Both the position numbers and the translations under genes were made by a program. Under the pieces are notes generated by a model that was given only the letters and a program-made list of their open reading frames with translations, was not told the origin of the DNA and made no database searches. Shown here piece by piece: positions 13,565 through 25,299 of a DNA stretch of 64,000 nt. How positions within the stretch are numbered: position 1 is the stretch's first letter; the number at the start of each line of letters is the position of its first letter. This stretch comes from the human T2T-CHM13v2.0 reference genome, Homo sapiens. The stretch is taken from the NCBI GenBank assembly GCA_009914755.4, contig CP068257.2, forward strand, positions 26,528,001-26,592,000, read 5' to 3'.

Positions 13565-14095
13565 CTGTATGTGTGATGTGACATACTGTTATATTTATAT
13601 AACAGTGATGTGATATACTGTTATAGAGATACAACAGCATATTAATATGTGTGATGTGATATATTGTTTTATTGATATACTTTTCTTTTTTTCAAATGAG
13701 ACATTTGTTTAATGTTCTATAGGGCAAAAAAACCTATAGTGTTTGGGAATATTCACATTTCTGTACTCAAGATGTGGAAAATAGTTAATATATTTTGTAT
13801 GCATCATTGACTGTTTAAGAGTTTGAAATGAATGTGTATTAACTTTGTAATTATATTATTTTAAAAGAATAGTAAACAAGTATTTTAAATGCTTTACAAA
13901 AAAGAACATGAAGTTACTAGTTGCACTTGTAAGTTCTTAATAAGTGACTGTTCCTTAATAAGTGACTGTTAACAGTATATCACATCACACATCAAATAAC
14001 TTATCAAGTCACTTATCTGTGATATTGTTATAATGGTATAACAGCATATATCACATCACACATACACAACAGTATATCACATCACACATACAGAC
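13565..14095. repeat. Large inverted repeat: three ~23-bp units (TGTGATGTGATATACTGTTATA) at left, three reverse-complement units (TAACAGTATATCACATCACACA) at right, about 300 bp AT-rich spacer
   Basis: Left units at ~13570-13592, 13602-13625, 13647-13671; right units at ~13971-13992, 14039-14063, 14067-14090; unclassified, possibly a non-autonomous DNA transposon (MITE/hAT-like) remnant. Confidence 0.6.
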
Positions 14096-14269
14096 TAATC
14101 TTAAATTACAGGATTCTGATTGCATCACTTATCAAGAATCATTACTTTGGAAAAATTGCTAACAACATAATTGCCCATAAAATACATACCCTATCAAGGA
14201 CTTGAAGAAAGCCTTAGTCAAATATCACCAACACCCAACAACTACATTCTGGGATTTGGCTTAAACATG

Positions 14270-14789
14270 ACTGTCTTACTTTCTTTTAAAAATCTAATAC
14301 ATTGTTATTACTGTAGTCACCATGTTGTACAATGTATCTCTTGAACTTATTTCTTCCAGTTGAAATTTTGTATTCTTTTACCAACATCTCCCCAAATGCC
14401 CTCACCCCTCCCAACTTCTGGTAACTAACATTCTACTCTTTCATGAGTTCACCTTTTTTGGATTCCACACATAAGTGAGATCATGCAGTATTTGTCTTTC
14501 TGTGCCTAGTATATCTCACTTACCATAACATATCCATGTTCACCCATGTTATCACAAGCAATAGGGCTTTATTCTTCTTTAAGGTTAGATAGTAGTTTAT
14601 TGTGTATATGTACCATATGTTATTTATTTACTCATTTGTTGATGGACACTTAGCTTGATTCCATATTATGGCTATTGTGAATAAAGCTGCAGAAGTTTTA
14701 TTCTGCACATAGCAGTGCAGATACCTCTTCAAGATTTGGATTGCATTTACTCTCTCTCTCTCTCTCTATATATATACATATATATCGAT

Positions 14790-14831
<42 letters not shown>

Positions 14832-14960
14832 GATAGAGATAGAGATATATAGTAATGGGATTGCTGGGTTGACCATTATTTTTAATTTTATAAATGTTAC
14901 CTATATTGGATACCTTTTCTGGTCCAACTATATTCTATACAAACAGACAAACAAAATAAT
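14270..14960 (-). mobile_element. Old L1 (L1M/L1P-like) 3' portion (ORF2 C-terminus and 3' UTR), interrupted by a microsatellite
   Basis: Reverse complement translates to ..TSAALFTIAIIWNQAKCPSTNE.INNIWYIYT.NYY..KKN.. and contains TTGTCTTTCTGTGCCTAG..CATGTTCACCCATGTTATCACAAGCAATAGG and ..TAATGGGATTGCTGGGTTGACC.. Confidence 0.7.
14752..14851. repeat. Compound microsatellite (TC)n-(TA)n-(GATA)n-(AGAT)n
   Basis: ctctctctctctctctc tatatatatacatatatat ..(gata)10.. agatagagatagagatat; embedded in the L1 fragment. Confidence 0.95.
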
Positions 14961-16236
14961 CAAAAACCAAAAATGCTATTGGAGTAGTCTGTATAATTGA
15001 AAAATATATATATACTTATATTTATTTTGGAGGGAGTTGTATTCGTTGTACAACTGCTAAATAAGGAAAGATTTTGAGTTGGTCTCACTTCAGTAAAAGA
15101 CTCACTTACCTGGATGTTTATCTGATATGTGGCCAAGTGTCTGAAGAGTTAGACAAGATAAAAATCACAAGAACACACGTTTGTGGTTGAATATGGATAG
15201 TTGCCATCTGACTGTAATAATGAATAGAAATCAGAGTTTTGCTACCAGGTACTCTGCTCGTAGTAATCACAGTAGTTTGTATGTGTACAATGATGAATAG
15301 TGTTGTAGTTGTTGGCATTATTCTTATTCGGATGTTGCTGTGTATTGACTGTCACATTGTATCAGAGGACTAGCTTCTATGTATAGTGTGTAGTATAATG
15401 TTTGAGACTAAAATGATTCTAAAGAGCACCAATGTGTTTCTACCATTCAAGAAACCTTTTTTTTTTCTTTGCGTCTGTGAGACATATGAGAAAATCAATA
15501 AATTTACTTTCTTGGAAAAATAAACACTTCCTATGTAAACAAACATAGACCTTTAGAGCAGTATAAATTGTTTGTGAAAATAGTTTAATTGCAGCAAACA
15601 CACAGAAAGGATTAACTTATTTTCAGATTTGGTAGTTGCTACTGTGCATGTCTTTTTTTCTTTTAATCTACACCAAGAAACCCAGATTCAAATGCTTAGT
15701 ATTATACAATATTTGGTAGTTTTTATTTTTGATCAAATCTTTAAAAGCAAGAAATTTTTAGAAGGCACAAAAAGCACAAACTGTAAAAGAAGAAAACAAA
15801 AACAAAAAAATGACGTTAGTCTTAATCAAACTTAAAGATTTCTTCTCTTTGTAACATGCTGTTAAAAATGAAAGCCTCAGACTAGGACAAACTATATTCA
15901 ATACATCTCAAATATATTTGACAATGCACTTGTATCTATAATGTATAAAGAGCCCTTAAAATTCAATAAGAAGACAAAACAAGTTTCTTTTTAAATGGAC
16001 AAAGATTGTAAAAGACAGTTCACAAAGATAACAAATAAGAAACAAACAAGCCTATGAAAATAAGTTCAACAACATTATCCATCTGATAAATGAAAATAAA
16101 AATCTAAATGAGATAATACCACAGACCTATTAAGATAGTTAAAGTTAAAAAGATTGACAATACCACATGTGAGTAAGCATATAAACAACTAGATTTCTCA
16201 TACATTGCTAGTGAGAATGTGAAATAGTATAATCAC

Positions 16237-18352
16237 TGACATTGTTTAGTTCTGTGTCCTCACCCAAATCTCGAACTGTAATCCCCATGTATCAAAGGAG
16301 GACCTGGTAGGAGGTGTTTGGATCATGGGGACAGTCTCCCCCATGCTGTTCTTATGATAGTGATTGAGTTCTCATGAGATCTGATGGTTTTATAAGGGGC
16401 TCTTCCCCCTTCACTCACTCTCTCTCCTGCCACCATATAAGACGTGCCTGCTACCCCTTCCTCCATGATTTTAAGTTTCCTGAGGCCTCCCCAGCCATGC
16501 AAAACTGTGAGTCAATTAACCCTCTTTTCTTTATAAATTACGCAGTCCCAGGCAGTTCTTTATAGTAGTGTAAAAACAGACTAATATAGAGAAATTTGTA
16601 CCAGGAGTGGGGCACTGCTATAAAGATACCTGAAAATGTGGAAGCGACTTTGGAACTGGGTAATAGGCAGAGGTTGGGAACAGTTTGAGAGAACTCATTG
16701 GGAAATGGAGCAAAGGTTGCTCTTGCTACACTTTAGCAAAAACACTTGCAGCATTTTGCTCCGGCCCTAGACATCTGTGGAACTTTGAAATTGAGAGAGA
16801 TGATCTGAAATTGGAACTTATACTTAAAAGGGAAACAGAGCATAAAAGTTTGGAAAATTTGCAGCCCGACCCTATGTTACAAAAATAAAAAGCCATTTTC
16901 TGTGCAGAAATTCACCTGGCTGCAGAAATTTGCATAAGTAATGAGGAGCTGAATGTTAATAGCCAAGACAATGGGGAAAATGTCTCCTAAGGGCCTGTAA
17001 GAGACCTTCACAGTAGCCCCTAATATCACAGGCCTGGAAGCCAAGGAGGGAAAATTGGTTTTGTGGGCAAGGCCCAGGGCCTACTTCTTTGTGCAGTATC
17101 CCAACTTGGTGCCCTGTGTCCCACCCACTCTAGCTCTAGCCATGGCTAAAAGGGGACAAGGTAACACTTGAGCCATTGCTTCAGAAGGTGCTATCGATAA
17201 GCCTTGGTCTCCATGTGATGTTGGGCCTAGGCGTGCACAGAATTCAAGAATTGAAGTTGAGAAACCTCCACATAGATTTCAGAGAATGTATGGAAATGCC
17301 TAGATGTCCAGGCAGAAGTCTGCTGCAGGGGAAGAGCCCTCATGGAGAGTCTCTGCTAGGGCAGTGCAAAAGGGAAATGTGGAATTGGAACCCCCACACA
17401 GAGGCCCCACTGGGGCATGCCTAATGGATCTGTGAGAAGAGGGCCATCATCCTCCAGATCCGAGAATGGCAGATCCACTAACAACTTGGACTATGTGTGT
17501 GGAAAAGCTGCAGACACTTAATGTTAGCCCAGAAAGCAGCTGCAGGAGCTGTACCCTGCAAAGCCACAGGGGCAGAGCTGCCCAAGGATGTGGGTGCCCA
17601 CTCCTTGCATCAGCATCCTCTGGATGTGAAACATGGAGTCAAAGTAGATTATTTCAAAGCTTTAAGATTTAGTGATTGCCCCATAGGATTTCTGACTTGC
17701 ATGGGACCTGTAACCCCTTTGTTTTGGTCAATTTCTCCCATTTGGAATGGGAGAATTTATCCAATGCCTGTACTCTTTTGGAAGCAACTAAATTGTTTTG
17801 TATTTGTATCTTGGAAGTAACTAACTTGTTTCTTATTTTACAGGATTATAGGCAGAAGGAACTTGCCTTGTCTCAAAAAAGGCTTTGGACTTGGACTTTT
17901 GAGTTAATGCTGAAATGAGTTAAGACTTTGGGGGACTGTTGAGAAAGCATGATTGTGTTTGAAATGTGAGGACATGAGATTTGGGAGGGGCCAGGGGCAG
18001 AATTATATGATTGGGCTCTGTGTCTCCACCCAAATCTCATCTCTAACATGTTGGAGGAGGGACCTGAGGGGAGGTAATTGGATCATGGGGGCCATTGCCC
18101 CCATGCTGTTCTCATAATAGTGAGTAAATTCACATGAAATCTGATGGTTTTATAAGGAACATTTCCCCCTTTGCTTGCTCTCTCTTTTTCCTGCCATCAT
18201 GTATGACATGCCTGCTTCCTCTTTGGCCATCATTGCAAGTTTCATGAGGCCTCCCCAGCCATGCAGAACTGTGATTCAATTAACCCTCTTTTCTTTATAA
18301 ATGACCCAGTTTCAAGAAGCTCTTTATAGCAGTGTGAAAATGGACAAATACG
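16237..18352 (+). mobile_element. Complete THE1-family ERVL-MaLR element (5' LTR ~16237-16588, internal ~16589-18005, 3' LTR ~18006-18352)
   Basis: Both LTRs contain ..GTGTCC/TCACCCAAATCTC..GGAGGTAATTGGATCATGGGG..GATCTGATGGTTTTATAAGG..GAGGCCTCCCCAGCCATGCA/GAACTGTGA..TTTCTTTATAAAT..; internal begins ..TTTGTACCAGGAGTGGGGCACTGCTATAAAGATACCTGAAAATGTGGAAGCGACTTTGGAACTGGGTAATAGGCAGAGGTTGG and ends ..GAAATGTGAGGACATGAGATTTGGGAGGGGCCAGGGGCAGAAT as in THE1-int. Confidence 0.8.
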
Positions 18353-18597
18353 ACCACTTTGGAAAAAGAGTTTTGTAGTTTTTTTTTTAAAAGTTAACTA
18401 TGCTGGTATACAAAACACCTAACCCAACTGGAGCAAATATGACACTTCTAGTAGTTATACATAAGAATTAAGGGGAAGAGGAAGTTAAAGAGTGGTTGAT
18501 TCATGGGTACTAATATACAGTTTGATAGAGGAAATAAGACAGTGTTTGATAAATCAGTGACTATAATTTATAATTATTTTATATATCAAAATTGCTT

Positions 18598-18908
18598 GTA
18601 GAGAATAATGCAAATGTGCCTAGCATAAAGAAAAGACAAATATTTCAGGCAATGGATGTATCCCAATTACATCTGCAAATTTCCTGTTACCATGGTAACA
18701 TATTCACCGGTTTCTGGGATTAGGATATGGACATTTGGCAAGGAGGAGGCATTATTCTGCCTACCAAACATGTATGTAACCATTAAGATTTGGGGTCATA
18801 TTTACTGTTACAGCATAGCCTAGCCTATTGTGATTAATAGAGAATAATGCAAATGTGCCTACCATAAAGAAAAGACAAATATTTAAGGCAATGGATGTAC
18901 CCAATTAC
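18598..18908 (+). repeat. About 72-bp direct repeat (18598-18667 and 18838-18908) flanking a 5'-truncated MaLR-LTR-like fragment (18668-18837)
   Basis: agagaataatgcaaatgtgcctagcataaagaaaagacaaatatttcaggcaatggatgtatcccaattacat repeated with ~4 mismatches; enclosed segment atctgcaaatttcctgttaccatggtaacatattcac..ggattaggatatggacat..gtaaccattaagatttggggtcatatttactgtta recurs at 21776-21950. Confidence 0.6.
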
Positions 18909-19171
18909 ACTGATTTGATATTTATCAAATGCAAGAAGTTTACGTGAATTAACTTATTACATGTATTTCGAAAATATTTACATCTATTATGTATCAATAA
19001 AAAATAAAATTTTAAAAATAGTTGTGAGGAGTTTAGTCATCTGGAGCGTGGCTGTGTTTTGTAATGAGGATGTAATAATGAAATAAGGATAATGAGATAT
19101 ATTGAGAATTTTGGGGTAGATCAACATGATAGAACCACCATTTGCTTCAAAAGTTACTGTATGTATTTTTA

Positions 19172-19219
19172 TTTTTATTTTTTTGAGACGGAGTCTCTCT
19201 CACTCTGTTGCCCAGGCTC
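19172..19219 (-). mobile_element. Extremely 5'-truncated Alu insertion (~35 bp of Alu 3' end plus poly-A) with TSD
   Basis: tttttatttttatttttttGAGACGGAGTCTCTCTCACTCTGTTGCCCAGGCTC flanked by direct repeats (c)aagttactgtatgtattttta at 19149-19171 and 19220-19240. Confidence 0.8.
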
Positions 19220-20991
19220 AAGTTACTGTATGTATTTTTATATACATTTTTAGGGTATACTTTTTACAAAGACCACTGGGATTTATTTTATATTTTGGAA
19301 TAAACAAAAGTAGTTCTATTCTCAAATGTATAACTAATTTGTTTAGGATCTATTTTAGGTTGCTTAACTCTTTGGCATGAGTTTGCTTTTGTGTAAAATA
19401 GGTATTTTAACATATTTCTTATCTTACAGAGTAATTGTAAAGGTGAAATAACATGCTGGATATGTAACTGGCTTGAAAATTATAAAATGTTGATTAAATG
19501 CAAACTATTGTATTCAAACAACTATTAATTTTATCAATTTCATTTATATGATTATTAAGAATATTAAAAGGTCTAAAATAATTAAATCTAACTGTGGTCA
19601 TTTGCCATTATTAATTATTAGGTAATAGACACCATAATGACTAAATAACTCAATCTGTAGAAATAAAAGAGGAATAGATATTACTTATATACTTTTGAAA
19701 ATGTTTGCTTTGGCTTTATTCCAGTCATCCTGGAAAATAATTCTGCATAGGGTAAAGTTGCAAAGATTACTGAAAATCTGCTTTTTTAAGTGCTTCAGGA
19801 CTGTTTTTCTTTAAACCCTAACACTTATTTTATAAATACTCCCTTGGTCACAAGAGGTAATAATTATTGCAATAATAGTTTTAAGTTCTGTAATATATAC
19901 CATATGAGAAAACAGGATGTGTCAAAAACAGAAATCTCTTCAAGAGGTGAATGCTAGATCACCCTTTTGAAATCATGCTTCAATAGTTATCCATATGCTT
20001 TAGAGAAAAATTTGGCAAGTTTATTAAAATCAGTGGGATAGAGTCACCTAATTTCAGATATGCTGAACTAGACATTGTAGTTTGCCAATTATATTAAATT
20101 ATAATTAGTAAAAATAACAATGCTTTAAGGTTTGGGCAAAATCCAAAGACTCACAAATGTTGAAATAACAAAACTGGAGATTGAACATGAAAATGGTTCT
20201 CAAATTATAACAATGAATTATGAATTACATTGTTCAGGTTTTACTCAAATGGAAACTCTTTGGCTGCTTTTAGATACTGATTTTTTAGTAAATAAAGTGT
20301 TTAACTAAAGAGTTTTGAAAAACCTGGGACACATTTACCATCTTACTATAAACCCAGCTGATTAAGACATTAATTTTTGAGGTAATAAATATATGTAGCA
20401 TAGAACCCTTCTCTAACACCTAACACATATTATGTCCTATACCTATCTATTTAAATGTCCATTTATTCTTATACAACTGTGCACTCCAAAGAAAGGACTG
20501 GTGTTCTATTCATCTTTGTATCTCTATTCCCAGAAAAAGTTCAATAAGTGCCATAATCCCAAGTGTAAATAATGTAAATCAACAGCCATTTCTAAGCTTG
20601 AAGGTTTGGTGCTGAACACTTTACACATATTACCTAATTGTATCTTCATATAAATGCTATGAAATATTTAATGGTTTTTCTAATTATTTATAATGATGAC
20701 AGGTAAGCATAAATATTACATATTCACTTCAGATTAAACTTTAATACTATATTTAACATCTATATTTTAAAAATCAGCATAATGAACACTGTGGAAAAAT
20801 AGTTACATTTTAATAGGTAAAATTAAAAGTAATGGCAAAAACCACCATTACTTTTATACCAACCTACTATATGATTCTGAGAAAATCAACTTAATGAAAT
20901 ATTTCAGAAAGTAGAGAAAAGACATCAGAAAGATCAAATTCTAAAGGATAATACAAAAGGCAAAGGAATGCAGATCAATTCTAAGAAAAGT

Positions 20992-21275
20992 GGCTGGGCA
21001 TGGTGGCTCATGCCTGTAATGTGAGCAGTTTCAGAGGCTGAGGTGGGAAGATTACTTGCCATGAGTTCAGGGCCAGCCTGGGCAGTCTAGTGAAACCCTT
21101 CCTTTATAAAAAAAATTAAAAATAAGCCAAGTGTGGTGATGTGTACCTGTAGTACCAGCTACACAGGAGGCTAAAGCAAGTGGATCGATTGAGCCAAGAA
21201 CTTCGGGGCTGCAGTGAGCTAGGATTGAGCCACTGCATTCCAGCCTGGGCAACACAGTGAAGCCCTGTCTAAAAT
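20992..21275 (+). mobile_element. Alu element (older, diverged)
   Basis: GGCTGGGCATGGTGGCTCATGCCTGTAATGTGAGCAGTTTCAGAGGCTGAGGTGGGAAGATTACTTGCCATGAGTTCAGGGCCAGCCTGGGCAGTCTAGTGAAACCC..CACTGCATTCCAGCCTGGGCAACACAGTGAAGCCCTGTCT. Confidence 0.85.
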
Positions 21276-21469
21276 TAAATTAAATTGAAATATATAAAAT
21301 AAAATAAAATCATAAATTACTACTGGAAGAAAAACAATCAGACATGTATTTGTGTTGTAATCTTCATAAGAATAAACTTCCTGTATTTGTTTTCAGTTGT
21401 TCCTATAACAAATTATCATAAATCTATAGTGAGTTAAAAATACAAAAAAAAAAAAAAAAAAACCCCACA

Positions 21470-21955
21470 TTATTATCTAACAGTTCTGGAGGACACCAAA
21501 AGTACAAACAGTTCTCACAGAGCTAAAATCAAGATGATGGCCTATCTGCATTGTCTCTGAAGACTTTAGAGGACAAGATGTTCCTTGATTTTTACAGCTT
21601 CTAGAGGCTGCCCACATCTTAATTCATGAGCACATTCCTCCAACCTCTGCTTCTATAACCACATACACTTCTTGACTTTGACCTTCCCATCTCCCTCTTA
21701 GGAGGATCCTTGTGACTATAGTGGGGCTACCCAGGTATGCCAGGATAATCTCTTCATCTCAAGATTCTTAACTTAATCACATCTGCAAATTTCCTGTTAT
21801 CATGGTAACATATTCACAGGTTTCTAGGATTAGGATATGGACATCTTTGGCAAGGAGGAGGCATTATTCGGCCTACACATATTTATGTAACCATTAAGAT
21901 TTGGGGTCATATTTACTGTTAAAGCATAGCCTACTCTATTGTGATTAACAAACTA
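21470..21955 (+). mobile_element. MaLR-type LTR (MLT1/MST-like)
   Basis: CAGTTCTGGAGGACACCAAAAGTACAAACAG..TTCTAGAGGCTGCCCACATCTT..CTTAACTTAATCACATCTGCAAA..CACAGGTTTCTAGGATTAGGATATGGACATCTTTGG..; preceded by an A21 run (21446-21467). Confidence 0.55.
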
Positions 21956-23485
21956 ATCAAGTTTTATTCACCAAAATGTCAACATGAAAATCTTTGTAGA
22001 TATGCAATGGCTCAAATATGCTATGATTATTCCCCCTCTTAAAAACATACAATTGAAAACATACCTTTTTATTTGAGAAATAAACAAAAATTTCCAACTC
22101 AATACTGTAGCCATGGTTTAAATGGACTTATCAGGCATGGACCTCAAATTTAAGAACTGGTGTGCAACAGCTCACCCAATTTTTCTTTTACTGCTTTTGT
22201 TTCAGTCCCCACACCAAGAGTATACTTGCTAGAACATATTCCTCTGTTCATAATTTTCCCTGACTTTCTTATTTTGACAAGTATGAAAGAACAAACAGCT
22301 GGTGTGTTCTAGACTCAGAATTGCTAGATCGAATTTGGCCTTTCAAATGGTTGACAGAACATTCTTTTGAAGAATTTCTAAATAAAAATTGTCATTCTTT
22401 TTCCTCTCAGTGTTTTATGAGGCAACATAATGACTATCTACTTTGTTGAAGAACCTAGAGGTAATATTCTGCATGTTCAAATCCTATGGTAAATTTCCTG
22501 CTCACTGAGTTACAGTCATCGTCAAAATACTGAAATCTGTGGCAGCTATCATATGTTCTTTTATTATTATCTTTCCACATATTTGCTTCTGTTACCATAT
22601 TGGTCAGAGCACGTTAACTACTTTAGCAAACAACTCCAAGTCTTATTGGTTTCAGACAATTTAGCTTTACTGCTAGTTCATGTCATGGTCTGAAGCAGAC
22701 TGGCACTATGGGAGTATGTACCAGTGAGCTTAGCCAGCCATAATAAGTACCACAGATGGGGGAGCTTAAACAATAGAACATTATTTTCTTACAGTTCTGG
22801 AGGATTAGAAATTCAAGACAAAGATGCTGGTCAATTTGATTTCTAATGAGGGCTCTCTACTTGGCTTATAGACAGTTGCCTTCTCACTATTTGACGTGTC
22901 CTCAATGGTGGAGAGAAAGACAGAGAGAGAGAGATCTCTTTTTCCCTTTTCTTTTGTTATTCTTATTATTAATTTTTGTGGTTATATAGTAGGTGTATAC
23001 ATTTACGTGGTACATGAGATGTTTCAATACAAGCATGGAATGTGAAATAAGCACTTATGAAGAATGGGATATCCATTCCCTCAAGCATTTATCTTTTCAG
23101 TTACAAAAAATCCAACTATACTCTTTATTTGAAAATGTATAATTGTTATTATTGACTATAGTCACCCTATTGTGCTATCAAATAGAGGTCTTATTCATTC
23201 TAATTTTTGTACCCATTAACCATCCCCACCTCCCCCTAAATCCCGCAGTACCCTTCCTAGCATCTGGTAACCATCCTTCCACTCTCTGTGTTCATGAGTT
23301 CAATTGTTTTGATTTGTATATCCCATAAATAAATGAGAACATGTGATGTTTGTCTTTCTGTGCCTGGCTTATTTTACTTAATATTATGATCTTCAGTTCC
23401 ACCCATGTTGTTGCAAATGACAGGTTCTCATTCTTTTTTTAAATGGCTGAATAGTGCTCCCTTGTTTATAAGTACTACATTTTCT

Positions 23486-23941
23486 TTATCTATTCCTCTG
23501 TTGATGGACACTTAGGTTGCTTCCAAATCTTAACTCCTGTAAACAGTGCTGCAACAAACATAGGAATGCAGATTCTCTTTGATATACTGGCTTCCTTTCT
23601 TTTGGGTATATACTCAGCAGTGGTATTGCTGGATCATATGGTACCTCAATTTTTAGTTTTTTTGAGGAATCTCCAAACAGTGCTCCATGGTGCCTGTACA
23701 AATTTACATGACTACGAACAGTGTACAAGGATTCCTTTTTCTCCACATTCTCACCAGCATTTGTTATTGCCTGTCTTTTGAAGATAGGCCATTTTAACTG
23801 GGGTGAGGTTATATGTAATTTGTAGTTTTGATTTGCATTTCTTTGATGATCAGTGATGTTGAGCACCTTTTCATATCTATGTTTGCCTTTGTATGTCTTC
23901 TTTGAGAAATTCCTATGAAAATATTGTGCCCACTTTTTCAT
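23486..23941 (-). pseudogene. L1 ORF2 C-terminal domain relic
   Basis: 151-aa ORF with L1 ORF2 C-terminal similarity; no intact full-length ORF2. Confidence 0.8.
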
Positions 23942-24271
23942 TGAATTACTAGATTTTTTACTACAGAATTCCAGATCTAGAGGATAGGCTTTCAGTTATT
24001 CCCCATTCTTTATGATAACTAGCTGTGAGTCCGTAGAATATGGCTTTAATTATGATGAGGTATGTTTCTCCTATCCCCATTGATAGTGAATGGTCTTTCT
24101 AATGTATGGTTGCATTTGGTTTGCGAGTATTTTGTTGAGTATTTTTGCATCAGTATTCATCAGATGTATTGGTCTGTAGTTTTCTTTTTTTGATGTGTCT
24201 TTGTCTGGATTTCATATCAGGGTAATCTGGGCCTCATGGAATGAGTTTGGAAGCATTTCCTCCTCTATTTC

Positions 24272-24496
24272 TCAGAATAATTTGTGTAACATTGGTATTA
24301 GTTCTTCCTTAAATGTTTGGTAGAATTCAGCAGTGAAGCCACCAGGTACCGGGCTTTTCTTTACTGGGGGACCTTTTATTAGAGCTTCAATCTCATTACT
24401 TGTTATTGGTCTGTTCAGGTTTTGGATTTCCTTTTGGTTCAATCTTGGTAGGTTGCATGTGTCTAGGAATTTGTTTATTTCTTCTATATTTTTCAA
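24272..24496 (-). pseudogene. L1 ORF2 (between EN and RT, [11 protein letters not shown] motif) relic
   Basis: 74-aa ORF nearly identical in pattern to L1 ORF2 segment [50 protein letters not shown]. Confidence 0.85.
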
Positions 24497-25299
24497 TCCA
24501 TTGGTATATATTTGCTCAGAGTAGCCATTAATGATCCATTGAATTCCTGCAGTATGAGTTGTTGTGTCTCCTTTTACATTTCTGATTTCATTTGAAACTT
24601 ATCTTTTTTTCAGTTAATCTGACTAAAGGTTTGTCAATTTTGCTTAGGGTTTCAAGGAAGCAACTTTTTGTTCCATTGATCTTTTTTGTTCTTTTTTTCA
24701 TTTCAATTTTATTTCTTTCTGCTCTGATCTTTATTATTTATTTTCTTCTACTACTTTTGGGTTTGTTTTGCTCTTGATTTTCTAGATCTTTAAGATGCAT
24801 TGTCAGATTGTTTATTTTTCTTCTTTTCTTATAAGGCCACCAATTCTATCACATTAGGGCCTCACCCTAATCTTAATTACCACCTAAAGACCTATTTCCA
24901 AATACAGTCCCTATGGGGGTTAGGGCTTTAACATATAAATTTGATGGGGGTGGGGGTAAGTGACAACATTTAGTCTATAGTGGAGTGAAAGGGTCTACTC
25001 CATTAGAGTTTAAATTCTGGCTCCTTAATGTTTGTATTATCTACCATTTTCTCAGACATCAGAACTCTTTACTACATCCTCATCATTGTCTGCAGTAAAG
25101 GGATGTGGAGCACCATGGGATGGCCCAGAAGAATTTAGATCCTACCTGAAAGCAGTGTGTGCCACTTTAACCCACTACATAAGTCTGGCTAGAACCCAGA
25201 CTTATGGCCACACAAGAAATTCAGTTGAGAAATTCAGTTTAGACATGGAACCAAGTAGAGAAGAGAAAATAGGCATTGATGTATACCGGCAGTCTCTGC

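Larger units (their letters stand above)
22930..24835 (-). mobile_element. Old L1 (L1M/L1P) 3' ~1.9 kb (ORF2 RT to C-terminus plus 3' UTR), inserted into the MaLR LTR
   Basis: Minus-strand ORFs 23486..23941 (..PYDPAIPLLSIYPKE.., L1 ORF2 C-term) and 24272..24496 (..[65 protein letters not shown], L1 ORF2); 3' UTR reverse complement at 22940-23100. Confidence 0.85.
22745..25020 (+). mobile_element. MaLR-type LTR (MLT1-like) split into two parts (22745-22930 and 24836-25020) by an L1 insertion
   Basis: Left part ..CCACAGATGGGGGAGCTTAAACAATAGAACATTATTTTCTTACAGTTCTGGAGGATTAGAAATTCAAGACAAAGATGCTGGTCA..; right part ..TATAAGGCCACCAATTCTATCACATTAGGGCCTCACCCTAATCTTAATTACCACCTAAAGACCTATTTCCAAATACAGTCCCTATGGGGGTTAGGGCTTTAACATATAAATTTGATGGGGGT.. 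continues the same LTR family. Confidence 0.6.

Noticed and set aside
16237-18352. Attempt to define a 5-bp TSD for the + THE1 copy
   Set aside because: The exact LTR termini are ambiguous at this divergence (flanks atcac / ccact); no convincing pentamer duplication could be read, so none is claimed.
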